Part shown: positions 14,499 through 24,085 of the stretch, piece after piece
Position numbering within the stretch: position 1 is the first letter of the stretch
Layout: the number at the start of each line of letters is the position of its first letter
DNA from: a virus
Lineage: Duplodnaviria > Caudoviricetes
DNA length: 24,786 nucleotides
Strand: one strand, 5' to 3'
IMG/VR virus record: IMGVR_UViG_3300016484_000582
Span: 1 to 24,786 of that record
Notes under the pieces: model-generated
What the model saw: only the letters and a program-made list of their open reading frames with translations
Database searches by the model: none
Told to the model about the DNA's origin: nothing
Translations under genes and position numbers: made by a program

Positions 14499-15791
14499 AT
14501 GGCTAATGGCTTTTCTAAAGAGGAGCGAGTTGCGCTCGAAGATATGGGCGCAAAATTTGAAGACGCTCTTTTAATGCTTGCTAACACGTCGGTTTTTCGC
14601 ACCGACCAAACGATGATGGCTCGCGCTAATGACACTATTTGGCGTCCTATGCCGTATATTATGCCTTCCTTTGATGGTACTGATCAGACAAACAATTTTA
14701 CCGATGCGGTGCAGCTTTCTGTTCCAGCTTCGATTAATATTCACAAATCTTCCCCTTGGATGATGTCTGCTCGTGATTTGAGCGACGCCTTACAAGAAGG
14801 CAGACTTGGCGAAGCTTCCGTGCAACGTATTGGCTCAGACGTTAATGTTGCGCTCCTCAATATTTCATGTAGTCAAGGTTCTGTTTTTGTAAAAAGAACT
14901 GGCGCAGCATCTGGTTTTGACGATGTGGCTGCAATCGACGCTGTTTTTAACGAGCAGGGCATACCGCAAGACAACCGTGTTCTTGCTTTATCAAGCCGCG
15001 ATTATAACTCCATGGCCTCTAACTTAGCCGCCACGACGCGCTCGTTTGGGGATAAAATCTCCAATGAAGCATTTCGTCGTGCGTATGTTGGCAACGTAGC
15101 TAGTTTTGACACTTTCAAACTGGATTACGGTATCCGTAAAGCAGCCGCAGCGGGCGGTGGTGGTTTGACCATTAGCACTTTGGCTGCTGGCGGGAACATC
15201 TATGTGCCATTGGCTACGTCAACTTCGACTAGTGGTCAATCAAGCAACGTAGATAATCGCTTTCAGCGCGTAACCGTTAGCAGCACAACTAACGTGGCTG
15301 CTGGTGATGCTTTCACGATTGCCAACGTCAACGCAGTGCATCACATCACCAAAGGTGACACGGGGCAACTAAAGACTTTCAGGGTTATTTCCGTTGATTC
15401 TGGCACCACCATGACAATCTGCCCGCCTATCATTTCCAACCAAGGTGGTTCACCTGCGGAGCGGCAATATCAAAACGTGGTTGTGACCACTCCGTCAGCA
15501 ACTGCTGCCATTGTTTTTCTTAACACGGCTGCAGGAGTCATGAATCCTTTCTGGCAAGCTGATGCTATTGAGGTATTGCCCGGACGCTACGAATTGCCTT
15601 CCGACGGTGGCGTAGCCGTCCAACGCCTGACCGTTAATGTTCCCGGGAAGAATATTAAGGGGATTGAATTAGTAATGAGTAAAGCCGTGAATATCAATAA
15701 TTATAAAATCCAATACAGATTAGATGTTCTATTTGGGGTTGTAAACAAGCAGCCGCAGATGTCCGGCATCATCATGTTCTCTCAACCTTAA
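14499..15791 (+). CDS. major capsid protein (P22 gp5 coat family)
   Basis: 430 aa; MANGFSKEERV, DTIWRPMPY and RLDVLFGVVNKQPQMSG motifs. Confidence 0.92.
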   Translation: MANGFSKEERVALEDMGAKFEDALLMLANTSVFRTDQTMMARANDTIWRPMPYIMPSFDGTDQTNNFTDAVQLSVPASINIHKSSPWMMSARDLSDALQEGRLGEASVQRIGSDVNVALLNISCSQGSVFVKRTGAASGFDDVAAIDAVFNEQGIPQDNRVLALSSRDYNSMASNLAATTRSFGDKISNEAFRRAYVGNVASFDTFKLDYGIRKAAAAGGGGLTISTLAAGGNIYVPLATSTSTSGQSSNVDNRFQRVTVSSTTNVAAGDAFTIANVNAVHHITKGDTGQLKTFRVISVDSGTTMTICPPIISNQGGSPAERQYQNVVVTTPSATAAIVFLNTAAGVMNPFWQADAIEVLPGRYELPSDGGVAVQRLTVNVPGKNIKGIELVMSKAVNINNYKIQYRLDVLFGVVNKQPQMSGIIMFSQP

Positions 15792-15811
15792 TAGCAAAAG
15801 GATTATTTATT

Positions 15812-16420
15812 ATGTCAAACGTATTAACTTCCTCCGGCTACGTTACCTTAACAATCCCCGGTGGCTCTTCTCTTGCTGTGTACACGCAAGGGCAAGCTCA
15901 AGTGTTACAGGTCAACGTTGCGCCTAATTTCCCAAATACTACGACATCTTTAGGTTATGTTACCAACACGCAAACTGTCTTTGGTCCGTTCACAACGGCT
16001 ACGCAGGTGGCGATTGATAACAAAACAGACCTTCGGGTGTTTTATGAAATTGGGACTGCGCCTCGTGTCCAGCAAGAACGGCTGCCTACGCTGTTTGGTT
16101 TGTCGCCAGGTGCGTTGAACGCAACAGGTACACTTACCGCTGAACTATGTCTGAGTGGTATCGTTACATCAACAACGGCTGCTGCTGTGACGGCAACATT
16201 GGACACTGGGGCGCTTTTTGATGCAAAATCGTCGTTTAATGTCGGCGACGCTTTCCAGTGGTCAGTCATTAATACTGGGGGTACAAACACCTTTACGGTG
16301 ACGGCATCAACAGGCCACACTATTGTGGGTAGCGGAGCAGTAACGGCAAACAACTCAGGTTATTTTACTACGACGAAAACTGCTGCAAACACGTTTGTTA
16401 CCTATCGTATTGCTAGCTAA
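15812..16420 (+). CDS. probable capsid-associated / decoration protein
   Basis: Thr/Gly/Ala-rich beta protein immediately after the coat gene. Confidence 0.65.
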   Translation: MSNVLTSSGYVTLTIPGGSSLAVYTQGQAQVLQVNVAPNFPNTTTSLGYVTNTQTVFGPFTTATQVAIDNKTDLRVFYEIGTAPRVQQERLPTLFGLSPGALNATGTLTAELCLSGIVTSTTAAAVTATLDTGALFDAKSSFNVGDAFQWSVINTGGTNTFTVTASTGHTIVGSGAVTANNSGYFTTTKTAANTFVTYRIAS

Positions 16421-16434
16421 AGTAATGTATAATA

Positions 16435-16469
16435 TGCAGGGGCACACTATACAAAAGTGTGTCCCTACA
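16435..16469. other. intergenic hairpin after the capsid genes
   Basis: AGGGGCACACT-atacaaa-AGTGTGTCCCT, with one G-U pair. Confidence 0.55.
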
Positions 16470-16490
16470 TAACCTTAGAAAGGATTTTTT

Positions 16491-16622
16491 ATGCCATTGA
16501 AAAAAGGCAGTAGTAAAAAAACCATCTCCGAAAACATCAAAAAAGAAATGAAAGCAGGAAAGCCGCAAAAACAGGCGGTTGCTATTGCTTTAAGTTCTGC
16601 AAAGAAATCAAAAAAGAAATAG
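16491..16622 (+). CDS. small Lys-rich phage protein (43 aa)
   Basis: Not in the ORF track. [53 protein letters not shown]; recalled as a common phage family. Confidence 0.8.
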   Translation: MPLKKGSSKKTISENIKKEMKAGKPQKQAVAIALSSAKKSKKK

Positions 16623-16624
16623 CC

Positions 16625-16960
16625 ATGACGGATTTTCCCACCATCGTGTATCGTTGCCCAGGTGTAAATGCTGGTTCTGAAGGCACGACTTATTCTAGCG
16701 TAGGTGTTTTAACCACTGAGCAGCTTGAAGAACGCATGAGGGAAGGCTATCACCGCACCATGCCCGAGGCAGTGGCGGCTTATAAGGCAAGAAAAACTGC
16801 GACTCCTTTTATTGTCCAAGAAGTTAAAGATGAAGACGATCTTGACGCGCCTGCAACCCGTGAAGAATTGCTTCAACAAGCAGAAGAAATTGGTTTAAAG
16901 GTTGATGGCCGTTGGTCTGATAAGAAATTATTGCAAAAAATTCAAGAGCGCATGGGATAG
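16625..16960 (+). CDS. hypothetical protein (111 aa)
   Basis: ORF in the late operon; C-terminal PATREELLQQAEEIGLKVDGRWSDKKL helical motif. Confidence 0.8.
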   Translation: MTDFPTIVYRCPGVNAGSEGTTYSSVGVLTTEQLEERMREGYHRTMPEAVAAYKARKTATPFIVQEVKDEDDLDAPATREELLQQAEEIGLKVDGRWSDKKLLQKIQERMG

Positions 16961-16966
16961 GTTCAA

Positions 16967-17440
16967 ATGGCTTACACCTGCCGTCAATTTATTGAGGACG
17001 CTTTCATTGAAGCAGGACTAGCCTCTTACATTTTCGACCTGCAACCTGAACAATGGCAAGCCGCGCAACGTAGATTAGATGCAATGATGGCTGATTGGAA
17101 CGGGAAGGGGATACGCCTTGGTTATCCCATAGCCTCTGAACCCGGTTCTGGTGATTTGAACGCCGTCACTAACGTACCTGATAGCGCAAATGAGGCAGTT
17201 ATCACAAATCTTGCCATTCGCATTGCGCCCATGTTTGGAAAACAGGTTTCTATTGAAACCAAAGCGACAGCAAGAAATAGTTATAATACAATTCTTGCAC
17301 GAGCAGCCATGCCGCGTGAAATGCAAATGCCAGCAAATATGCCTGCCGGTGCGGGCAATAGAAGTTTCAGCGATAACAATTTCTTAGTGCCGCCCTCTGA
17401 ACCGCTATTAGCCGGTAAAGACGGCCAAATAGAATTTTAA
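16967..17440 (+). CDS. head-to-tail adaptor (P22 gp4-like packaged DNA stabilization protein)
   Basis: RRLDAMMADW..GIRLGY, AVITNLAIRIAPMFGK and MPAGAGN motifs. Confidence 0.85.
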   Translation: MAYTCRQFIEDAFIEAGLASYIFDLQPEQWQAAQRRLDAMMADWNGKGIRLGYPIASEPGSGDLNAVTNVPDSANEAVITNLAIRIAPMFGKQVSIETKATARNSYNTILARAAMPREMQMPANMPAGAGNRSFSDNNFLVPPSEPLLAGKDGQIEF

Positions 17441-17451
17441 GGGTGGAATTT

Positions 17452-18447
17452 ATGCCAGAAATTAATCAATTATCGCTTTTAAGTTCGGCATCAGGTGGCG
17501 ATCAAATCCCTGTTTATAGCGTCAGCAATGGTGATGCGCGGCGGTTGCCAATTAGTGCGCTGTTAAGTTATTTCCAACAAACCTTTGCTTCCCCTACTGT
17601 GGCTACAAATCTTTATGTGCCAAGCACTGGATTTAATATTGCCGTGCCGACGCCAGTTAGCCAGCAGCAGTGGATTATTTTGCAACCTGCCGGGACGCTT
17701 GCCACTGGTACGGTGACATTGCCCCTCAATACTGGCGTTGCGGATGGGACAACAATCTTTATTACAGCTACGCAACAAATTACGGCATTAACTATTGCCG
17801 CTAACGGGGCGACGGCTGTCTATGGTGCGGTCACGTCATTGCCTGCTGGGACATCAACGGTATTGCGGTTTTACGCAGCGACAAATAGCTGGTATCAAAT
17901 CAACACAGATGCTGTTTATGGCACTGGCGTAGCTGCATTTCTAGCCACGCCTAGCAGTGCTAACTTAGCGGCGGCGGTAACAGGTGAAACTGGCAGCGGT
18001 TCTCTTGTTTTTGCGACTTCACCCACTCTTGTCACTCCAGTTTTAGGGGTTGCCACGGCGACCAGTTTAGTTACTACCGGGGATCAACTTATCAGCGGAA
18101 CTGGGAAGTATGGATATGCTATTGGTTCAGGCGGGACGGTTACGCAAGGTAGCGGCTCAGGAAAAGCAACAGCGGTCACATTAAGTAAAACCAACGGTTC
18201 CATTACAATGGATGCCGCAAGCCTTGCCGCTGGTACTGTTGTGTCATTCGTTTTGACAAACACCACCATTGAATCCGGTGACGTGTTAATTTTAAATCAT
18301 ATTAGTGGAGGCACAGCAGGGGCGTACACTCTAAACGCGCAAACCGCCGCTGGGTCAGCAACTATTAATGTTCGTAATGCTACGGCTGGTGCTTTGGCAG
18401 AAGCCATTGTGTTGCGGTTCGCAGTCATCAAGGCAGTATCCGCATAA
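17452..18447 (+). CDS. virion structural / fibre-like protein
   Basis: Thr/Ala/Gly-rich; contains the FLATPSSANLAAAVTGETGSGSLVFATSPTLVTP segment seen in phage fibres. ATG 17452 preferred over GTG 17443. Confidence 0.65.
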   Translation: MPEINQLSLLSSASGGDQIPVYSVSNGDARRLPISALLSYFQQTFASPTVATNLYVPSTGFNIAVPTPVSQQQWIILQPAGTLATGTVTLPLNTGVADGTTIFITATQQITALTIAANGATAVYGAVTSLPAGTSTVLRFYAATNSWYQINTDAVYGTGVAAFLATPSSANLAAAVTGETGSGSLVFATSPTLVTPVLGVATATSLVTTGDQLISGTGKYGYAIGSGGTVTQGSGSGKATAVTLSKTNGSITMDAASLAAGTVVSFVLTNTTIESGDVLILNHISGGTAGAYTLNAQTAAGSATINVRNATAGALAEAIVLRFAVIKAVSA

Positions 18448-18449
18448 TT

Positions 18450-18743
18450 ATGGCAACGAAAAAAACCACCGATAGTAAATTAAAAAAAGCTGGCGTTACT
18501 GGCTATAACAAGCCTAAGCGCACACCTTCGCATCCTACTAAGTCGCACATTGTCGTTGCAAAAGAAGGTGATAAGACAAAAACCATTCGCTTTGGACAGC
18601 AAGGCGTTTCAGGAAGCCCAAAGAAAAAAGGTGAATCAGAAAAAGAAAAAAACAGACGTGAATCTTTTAAGGCTCGTCATGCTAAAAGTATTGCCAAAGG
18701 CAAAATGAGTGCGGCATGGTGGGCAGATAAAGTTAAATGGTAA
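18450..18743 (+). CDS. conserved basic phage protein (97 aa)
   Basis: KTIRFGQQG...RRESFKARH...SAAWWADKVKW motif. Confidence 0.75.
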   Translation: MATKKTTDSKLKKAGVTGYNKPKRTPSHPTKSHIVVAKEGDKTKTIRFGQQGVSGSPKKKGESEKEKNRRESFKARHAKSIAKGKMSAAWWADKVKW

Positions 18744-18762
18744 TTATTTTAGGAGATGAAAA

Positions 18763-20010
18763 ATGCCAAATGTAATCAAAACTGAAAGTGATCAGTTACC
18801 GCATCTTTATATTGAGTCTTTCGACACCACAACAGGTGGGCCAACGCGACCAACTCCAGTTTATGCAGAACGTATTGCATCATCAATTGTTGGGTCAAAC
18901 GGCCTTGAAGCTATGGTTAATCCAGATACTACCTTGCGCGTTCAGGTAGAATCTCATTCGCTTTTTAATGATTCATTGGATGCATTGGATACAACTGCAC
19001 GTTGGACAACCAGGACAGGTTCCGGGGGAACGGCGGCTACGTCTGGTGGAGCATTAAATTTATCAAGTAGCACGACAGCCTCTGCTTTTGGTGGTGTCTT
19101 TACAAAGGCTTCTTTTTCGCCTCCTGGCGTTAATAATTTGATTTGGGGTGCAATGATAAGGGTTCCGGTTGTACTCATTGCTAACACTTATAGATTTTGG
19201 GGATTGGGAACAATCCCTGCTACACCTACTGTGGCAACACCTGTAACAGATGGATATGGATGGGAATTAGATGGAACAGGAACATTAAATGCAGTAATTT
19301 ATCGTGGTGGTGCAAGAACACTCGTTTCCCCCATTTCCCCAGCGTTCGGGTTTACACAGAATGTTTATTCTCGTTTTGCTATTCGTTTCAGAGCTGATGC
19401 AATATTCTTTTATGTCAATGATTTAAATAATCCAGCGGCGGCGTTAGCTGGTATTGGAGGCGTGTTCCCTGAGTTAAACACAACCGCACTACCTATTTCG
19501 GCATTATGCGTCAATGCTGCTTCAGCACCAGCGCAAGCAGCTACACTTAACTTTACTGCTATAGGCATTGGCGACACTGGAGCTAATAACAATACATTAA
19601 GCGATAGTACTAATCCTTGGATTCAGGCCAACGTAAAAGATTCCACTGTCGAAGTTACACCAAGCGATAGAGCACTGGTTGTTGCCCAACGGCTTCCGGT
19701 CGATCCGATCCAATTCACGGGCGTTTTAACCACCAACACTCCCGTTGCTGTTGCCGCCGCTGGTGCTGCTGGAATTCGCAACTATTGCGAGTCATTATCT
19801 TTCCAAAACACTAGTGCCACAGCTACCACTATTCTCTTGCAGGATGGCGGCACGACGATTGCACAGTGGAACGCACCAGCATCTATGGCTATTCCCTACT
19901 ACCATAATTTTGTTCCTCCCATCAGGACGACGGCAGCCACTGCTTTAAATATTAACTGCGGTACTACTGGCGCAAACGTCCTGACGAACATTTCAGGATT
20001 CAGAGCATAA
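18763..20010 (+). CDS. beta-sandwich-rich protein, possible receptor-binding or accessory tail protein
   Basis: 415 aa, AGGAG SD; lectin/ConA-like strand pattern (YSRFAIRFRADAIFFYVND). Function inferred. Confidence 0.6.
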   Translation: MPNVIKTESDQLPHLYIESFDTTTGGPTRPTPVYAERIASSIVGSNGLEAMVNPDTTLRVQVESHSLFNDSLDALDTTARWTTRTGSGGTAATSGGALNLSSSTTASAFGGVFTKASFSPPGVNNLIWGAMIRVPVVLIANTYRFWGLGTIPATPTVATPVTDGYGWELDGTGTLNAVIYRGGARTLVSPISPAFGFTQNVYSRFAIRFRADAIFFYVNDLNNPAAALAGIGGVFPELNTTALPISALCVNAASAPAQAATLNFTAIGIGDTGANNNTLSDSTNPWIQANVKDSTVEVTPSDRALVVAQRLPVDPIQFTGVLTTNTPVAVAAAGAAGIRNYCESLSFQNTSATATTILLQDGGTTIAQWNAPASMAIPYYHNFVPPIRTTAATALNINCGTTGANVLTNISGFRA

Positions 20011-20014
20011 TAGT

Positions 20015-21436
20015 GTGGTGCAGATACCCATCCTAAGTGGCAATTACACGGATACGGCGGGTAACGTCCGCACAAGCTATCCTATTAACATGATACCAGT
20101 ACCCAAAAAATCTGGCATTTCCTTAGGGTATCTTCGCCCAGCCGATGGAATTGTCCCTTTTGGAACATTAGGGGCTGCACCCGGCATTGACCGTGGCGGC
20201 ATCGAGTGGAAAGGTGTTTGCTATCGCGTTATGGGGAGTAAGTTAGTGTCAGTTGATCCTAATGGTGCAATCACCATTTTAGGTGACGTTGAGAATAATA
20301 ATGACCGCTATGTCACTTTTGACTATTCTTTTGATCGACTTGCCATCGCGTCTAACGGTAAATTATTTTACTGGAACGGTTCAGTATTGACACAGGTTAT
20401 TGACCCCGATCTTGGCAATGTGGTTGATGTGGTGTGGGTTGATGGTTATTTTATGACTACAGACGGTACAAGCCTTGTGGTTACGGAGCTTACCGACCCA
20501 ACACAAGTTAATCCTTTAAAATATGGCTCTTCAGAGCTTGATCCTGATAATGTTCTTGGATTAATAAAAATCAGAAACGAAGTCTATGCGTTGAATAGAC
20601 ATACCATTGAACTTTTTGACAATGTAGGCGGTGAGTTTTTCCCTTTTGCGCGTATTGACGGTGCTCAAATCATGAAAGGCGTTATTGGAACTAATGCGTG
20701 TTGTGTTTTCAATGATATTCTAGCGTTTTTAGGCAGTGGCAGGAATGAAGCGCCGGGCGTTTATTTTGGCTCCAATGCCAAAGCGCAAAAAATCAGTACG
20801 CAAGAGATTGATCAAATTCTCTTAACCTACACTGAACAGCAATTATCTGAAGTAAAGATGGAGGCAAAAAATGATAAGAGCCATCAACATTTATACATTC
20901 ATCTTCCTGACCGTACCATTGTTTTTGATGCGGTTGCTACCGCGCTTCTCGAAGAGCCTGTCTGGTTTACGCTAACCAGCACTTTAACTGATGATTTTGC
21001 AGAATACCGCGCCCGCTCTATGGTTTGGGTTTATGACAAATGGATTGTTGGTGATACGCAAACAAATTCATTGGGGTATCTCACAGAAACAGTAAGCTCC
21101 CATTGGGGTGACAAGATTAAATGGGAATTTGGCACGCTTATTATTTATAATGAGAGCAAAGGTGCAATTTTCCATGAAATGGAACTTGTCGCCTTGACGG
21201 GGCGAGGCGTTCAGGGAAGCGATCCACAAATAAGCACTTGCTATTCTGTTGACGGACGTTCATGGAGCCAAGAGAAATTTATCTCGGCAGGGAAAACAGG
21301 GCACATTAACAAACGTCTTATCTGGTTCCAGCAAGGAACTATGAGAAATTGGCGGATACAAAAGTTTAAAGGCACAAGTGATGCCAAATTGTCTTTTTTA
21401 AGACTGGAAGCCTCAATAGAGGGGTTGACGGTTTGA
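20015..21436 (+). CDS. tail hub (P22 gp10-like packaged DNA stabilization protein)
   Basis: 473 aa; SYPINMIPVPK...GYLRPADGI, DRGGIEWKGVCYRVMGSKL and LKYGSSELDPD motifs. Confidence 0.88.
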   Translation: MVQIPILSGNYTDTAGNVRTSYPINMIPVPKKSGISLGYLRPADGIVPFGTLGAAPGIDRGGIEWKGVCYRVMGSKLVSVDPNGAITILGDVENNNDRYVTFDYSFDRLAIASNGKLFYWNGSVLTQVIDPDLGNVVDVVWVDGYFMTTDGTSLVVTELTDPTQVNPLKYGSSELDPDNVLGLIKIRNEVYALNRHTIELFDNVGGEFFPFARIDGAQIMKGVIGTNACCVFNDILAFLGSGRNEAPGVYFGSNAKAQKISTQEIDQILLTYTEQQLSEVKMEAKNDKSHQHLYIHLPDRTIVFDAVATALLEEPVWFTLTSTLTDDFAEYRARSMVWVYDKWIVGDTQTNSLGYLTETVSSHWGDKIKWEFGTLIIYNESKGAIFHEMELVALTGRGVQGSDPQISTCYSVDGRSWSQEKFISAGKTGHINKRLIWFQQGTMRNWRIQKFKGTSDAKLSFLRLEASIEGLTV

Positions 21437-21439
21437 TTT

Positions 21440-22153
21440 ATGGCAAGGCTTAATTTAACCCGCGATCAGTTAGCGACGTTTTTAAAAGACCCAGAGCAAA
21501 TAAAACAGTTTGAAAAATTGTTCCTAACTGTAGAAACTGTTTCCGCTGCGTCCGATACGCAAGGAATCAGTGCAAGTTCTGACAGCGCGGGCAACACAGG
21601 AAACCAAGTACTAGGACAGGTTCTTGCCTTGGAGCAAGACTTAAACACCAACCTTGCCGTTGTAGAAGCAAAAATTAACAGCATTCTTGCTTTGATCAAG
21701 CGTCCTAGGGTTGGTCAATTTTATGACACAACAACACAGACTGCGGCAATTATTAACACTGCTTATGCTATGACTTTTAACACCACTGATATTAGTAGCG
21801 GTGTTTATTTAGGCTCTCCAACATCACGCATATATGTTGACACAGAGGGTGTATATGATATTCAATTTTCTGCACAATTAGATAATACTTCAGGTGGAAA
21901 TCATCTATCTTATATATGGCTTCGTGTTAATGGAGCTGATGTAAGTCAAACGGCATCGCAGGTACGGTTAAAAGGTACAGACGGTGAGCTTGTGGCGGCG
22001 TGGAATTTCTATTATAAGTTTAAAGCAGGTGATTATTTCGAGTTGATGTGGTCAGTTAGCGATGTTTCTGTACAATTAGTAGCACAGGCAGCCGCTGCCC
22101 CTGTTCCGGCCATACCATCTATAATTTTGACTTGTGCAAGAATAGGAGATTAG
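21440..22153 (+). CDS. tail protein in the needle (gp26) position, coiled coil plus C-terminal beta-sandwich
   Basis: Follows the gp10-like gene; heptad segment, then a C1q/TNF-like strand pattern (GVYDIQFSAQL...GDYFELMW). Confidence 0.6.
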   Translation: MARLNLTRDQLATFLKDPEQIKQFEKLFLTVETVSAASDTQGISASSDSAGNTGNQVLGQVLALEQDLNTNLAVVEAKINSILALIKRPRVGQFYDTTTQTAAIINTAYAMTFNTTDISSGVYLGSPTSRIYVDTEGVYDIQFSAQLDNTSGGNHLSYIWLRVNGADVSQTASQVRLKGTDGELVAAWNFYYKFKAGDYFELMWSVSDVSVQLVAQAAAAPVPAIPSIILTCARIGD

Positions 22154-22154
22154 A

Positions 22155-22493
22155 ATGGCAACTATTGTAAAAACATTGATCTCAGCAAAGTCCCTTGAGA
22201 GCACGAACGTGACGCAGTACACTGTATCAGCGGGAACTAAAGCTGTTATTGATAAAGCCACGGTCACTAATACCGACACCGTCAATAGAAGTTTTTCTGT
22301 TTGGCTTATTCCCCAAGGAGGAACAGCCGTAAACGGAACTTTAATCATCGACGATAAGACGGTTGTTCCCGGCGAAACGTACCTTTGCCCAGAGATTGTC
22401 GGGCATGAACTAGATAGCGGGGCATTCATCAACACTATTGCCAGTGCGGCCAGTGCGTTAACTATGCGCGTTTCTGGTCGTGAAATAACATAG
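22155..22493 (+). CDS. small beta-rich structural protein (112 aa)
   Basis: AGGAG SD; GETYLCPEIVGHELDSG. Confidence 0.75.
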   Translation: MATIVKTLISAKSLESTNVTQYTVSAGTKAVIDKATVTNTDTVNRSFSVWLIPQGGTAVNGTLIIDDKTVVPGETYLCPEIVGHELDSGAFINTIASAASALTMRVSGREIT

Positions 22494-22507
22494 AAGGAAT
22501 TAAAACC

Positions 22508-22906
22508 ATGAAGCAACCGTCACTTTTAAAGATTTTTAGTTGTTCCTTACCTGAGTCAACACCGTTTGTTAATGCAGCAGAAAATAAAAAGAATACGGAG
22601 ACAGTTTTAAAAAACTGGCTTCTTGGTCCCGAAAAACCATCTAATGCCCCTGTTGCAAATAAACCTTACTGGCAAAGCCTAGCAAAGGCAATGCAAGTGG
22701 ACGAAAAAGAAGCGCGTCGCCGTCGGTGTTCCAACTGCGAATATTATGATAATAGCACGTTGACGCAAACAAAAATGGAACGCATCCCATTTAATGACTT
22801 TGACGTAAACGCAGGATTCAGGGGATTCTGCAAAAAGTTTGAATTTATTTGTCATGACTTGCGTTCCTGCCAAGCGTGGGAAGAACGGGAAAACGAAGAA
22901 GATTGA
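22508..22906 (+). CDS. Cys-rich hypothetical protein (132 aa)
   Basis: CSNC...FCKKFEFICHDLRSCQAW metal-binding pattern. Confidence 0.75.
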   Translation: MKQPSLLKIFSCSLPESTPFVNAAENKKNTETVLKNWLLGPEKPSNAPVANKPYWQSLAKAMQVDEKEARRRRCSNCEYYDNSTLTQTKMERIPFNDFDVNAGFRGFCKKFEFICHDLRSCQAWEERENEED

Positions 22907-22989
22907 CAGGATTATAAAAAAAATATAAGACTATTTTTGCTGAGATAAGCGCAGCCAGCAGCGTATCATTATCACAATGACTGGACGTT

Positions 22990-23421
22990 ATGTGCTTCTT
23001 AGAAAGAAACTTTGAAGAATTTAAATTGCCACGCGCCGCAATTGATTGGTTAATGCAGCTATGGCACGTCATACAGGTATTTGATGATTTTGCCGATGGC
23101 GATCCAGTAGAACGAGATGACCTAGACAAGGCAATTTTTCATTCTCTTGTGTCTATGAACATTAATCCATTCTACCGCGCCAATATTGATATTTTAGCCC
23201 CAGTAGTAGCCAATTTCATTTTGAAGTGGAAAGCCTCCGATGTCATGGAACGCGACGGGAAGGCTGATGAGCGTTCTTTTGTGTGGCGTTCCGGGTATTA
23301 TGACGTTGTAAACATGGTTGTTCTTATTGTTCATGGTGCTGAAGGCGCATTTAAACTAACGCATTTTGTCCTGCAACTTTATGGGGAAACATACGAAGAG
23401 TATAAAAAGGAGTTCCCATAA
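22990..23421 (+). CDS. helical protein with a DDxxD motif (143 aa)
   Basis: LWHVIQVFDDFADGD; stop overlaps the next start. Confidence 0.75.
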   Translation: MCFLERNFEEFKLPRAAIDWLMQLWHVIQVFDDFADGDPVERDDLDKAIFHSLVSMNINPFYRANIDILAPVVANFILKWKASDVMERDGKADERSFVWRSGYYDVVNMVVLIVHGAEGAFKLTHFVLQLYGETYEEYKKEFP

Positions 23422-24074
23422 TGTCCGCAGGTGTAGGTTCTGTTTTGAGTGCAGTTGGGAGTATCGCTAGCGGTATTATGAATCGCAATGCCGCTAAGAA
23501 AGCAGCTTCGCAACAAGTACAATATTCAGAACAAGCGATTGCAGAACAACAACGTCAATTTGACTATACAAGAGATTTAATGCAGCCTTTTGTTGATGTT
23601 GGTGCCCCGGCTTTAGAGCAACAAAAAGGACTGCTTGGACTTAGTGGGCCTGATGCACAGCAACAGCAGATAACGGCTTTAGAGCAATCGCCTTTGTTTC
23701 AAGCATTAGTCCGCCAACAAGAGCAAGGTATTCTCCAAAACGCATCAGCTACAGGTGGACTTCGTGGCGGAAATGTTCAGGCGGCATTAGCGCAATTCCG
23801 GCCAGCAAAGTTGCGCGGTGAGATTGAAAACCAATATTCAAAACTTGCTGGATTAACAGCACTGGGACAACAGTCCGCCGCTGGAGTAGGCGCAAACGCA
23901 ATGGATATGGCCGGCAATGTAGGTAGTCTATTAACAAATATAGGCGCAGCGCGTGCGGGTGGGACTATTGCTGGGGCAAAAGCTATGTCACAAGGTATAA
24001 GTGGTGCTTTGGGTTCGTTTGGAGGAACAAGCCCTAGCGATTTCGGCAATTATACAACATTCAATCCATTCTGA
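23421..24074 (+). CDS. DNA ejection / transfer protein (P22 gp7-like)
   Basis: Gly/Ala/Gln-rich; QNASATGGLRGGN motif. Confidence 0.8.
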   Translation: MSAGVGSVLSAVGSIASGIMNRNAAKKAASQQVQYSEQAIAEQQRQFDYTRDLMQPFVDVGAPALEQQKGLLGLSGPDAQQQQITALEQSPLFQALVRQQEQGILQNASATGGLRGGNVQAALAQFRPAKLRGEIENQYSKLAGLTALGQQSAAGVGANAMDMAGNVGSLLTNIGAARAGGTIAGAKAMSQGISGALGSFGGTSPSDFGNYTTFNPF

Positions 24075-24085
24075 CGGAGAAAAAA

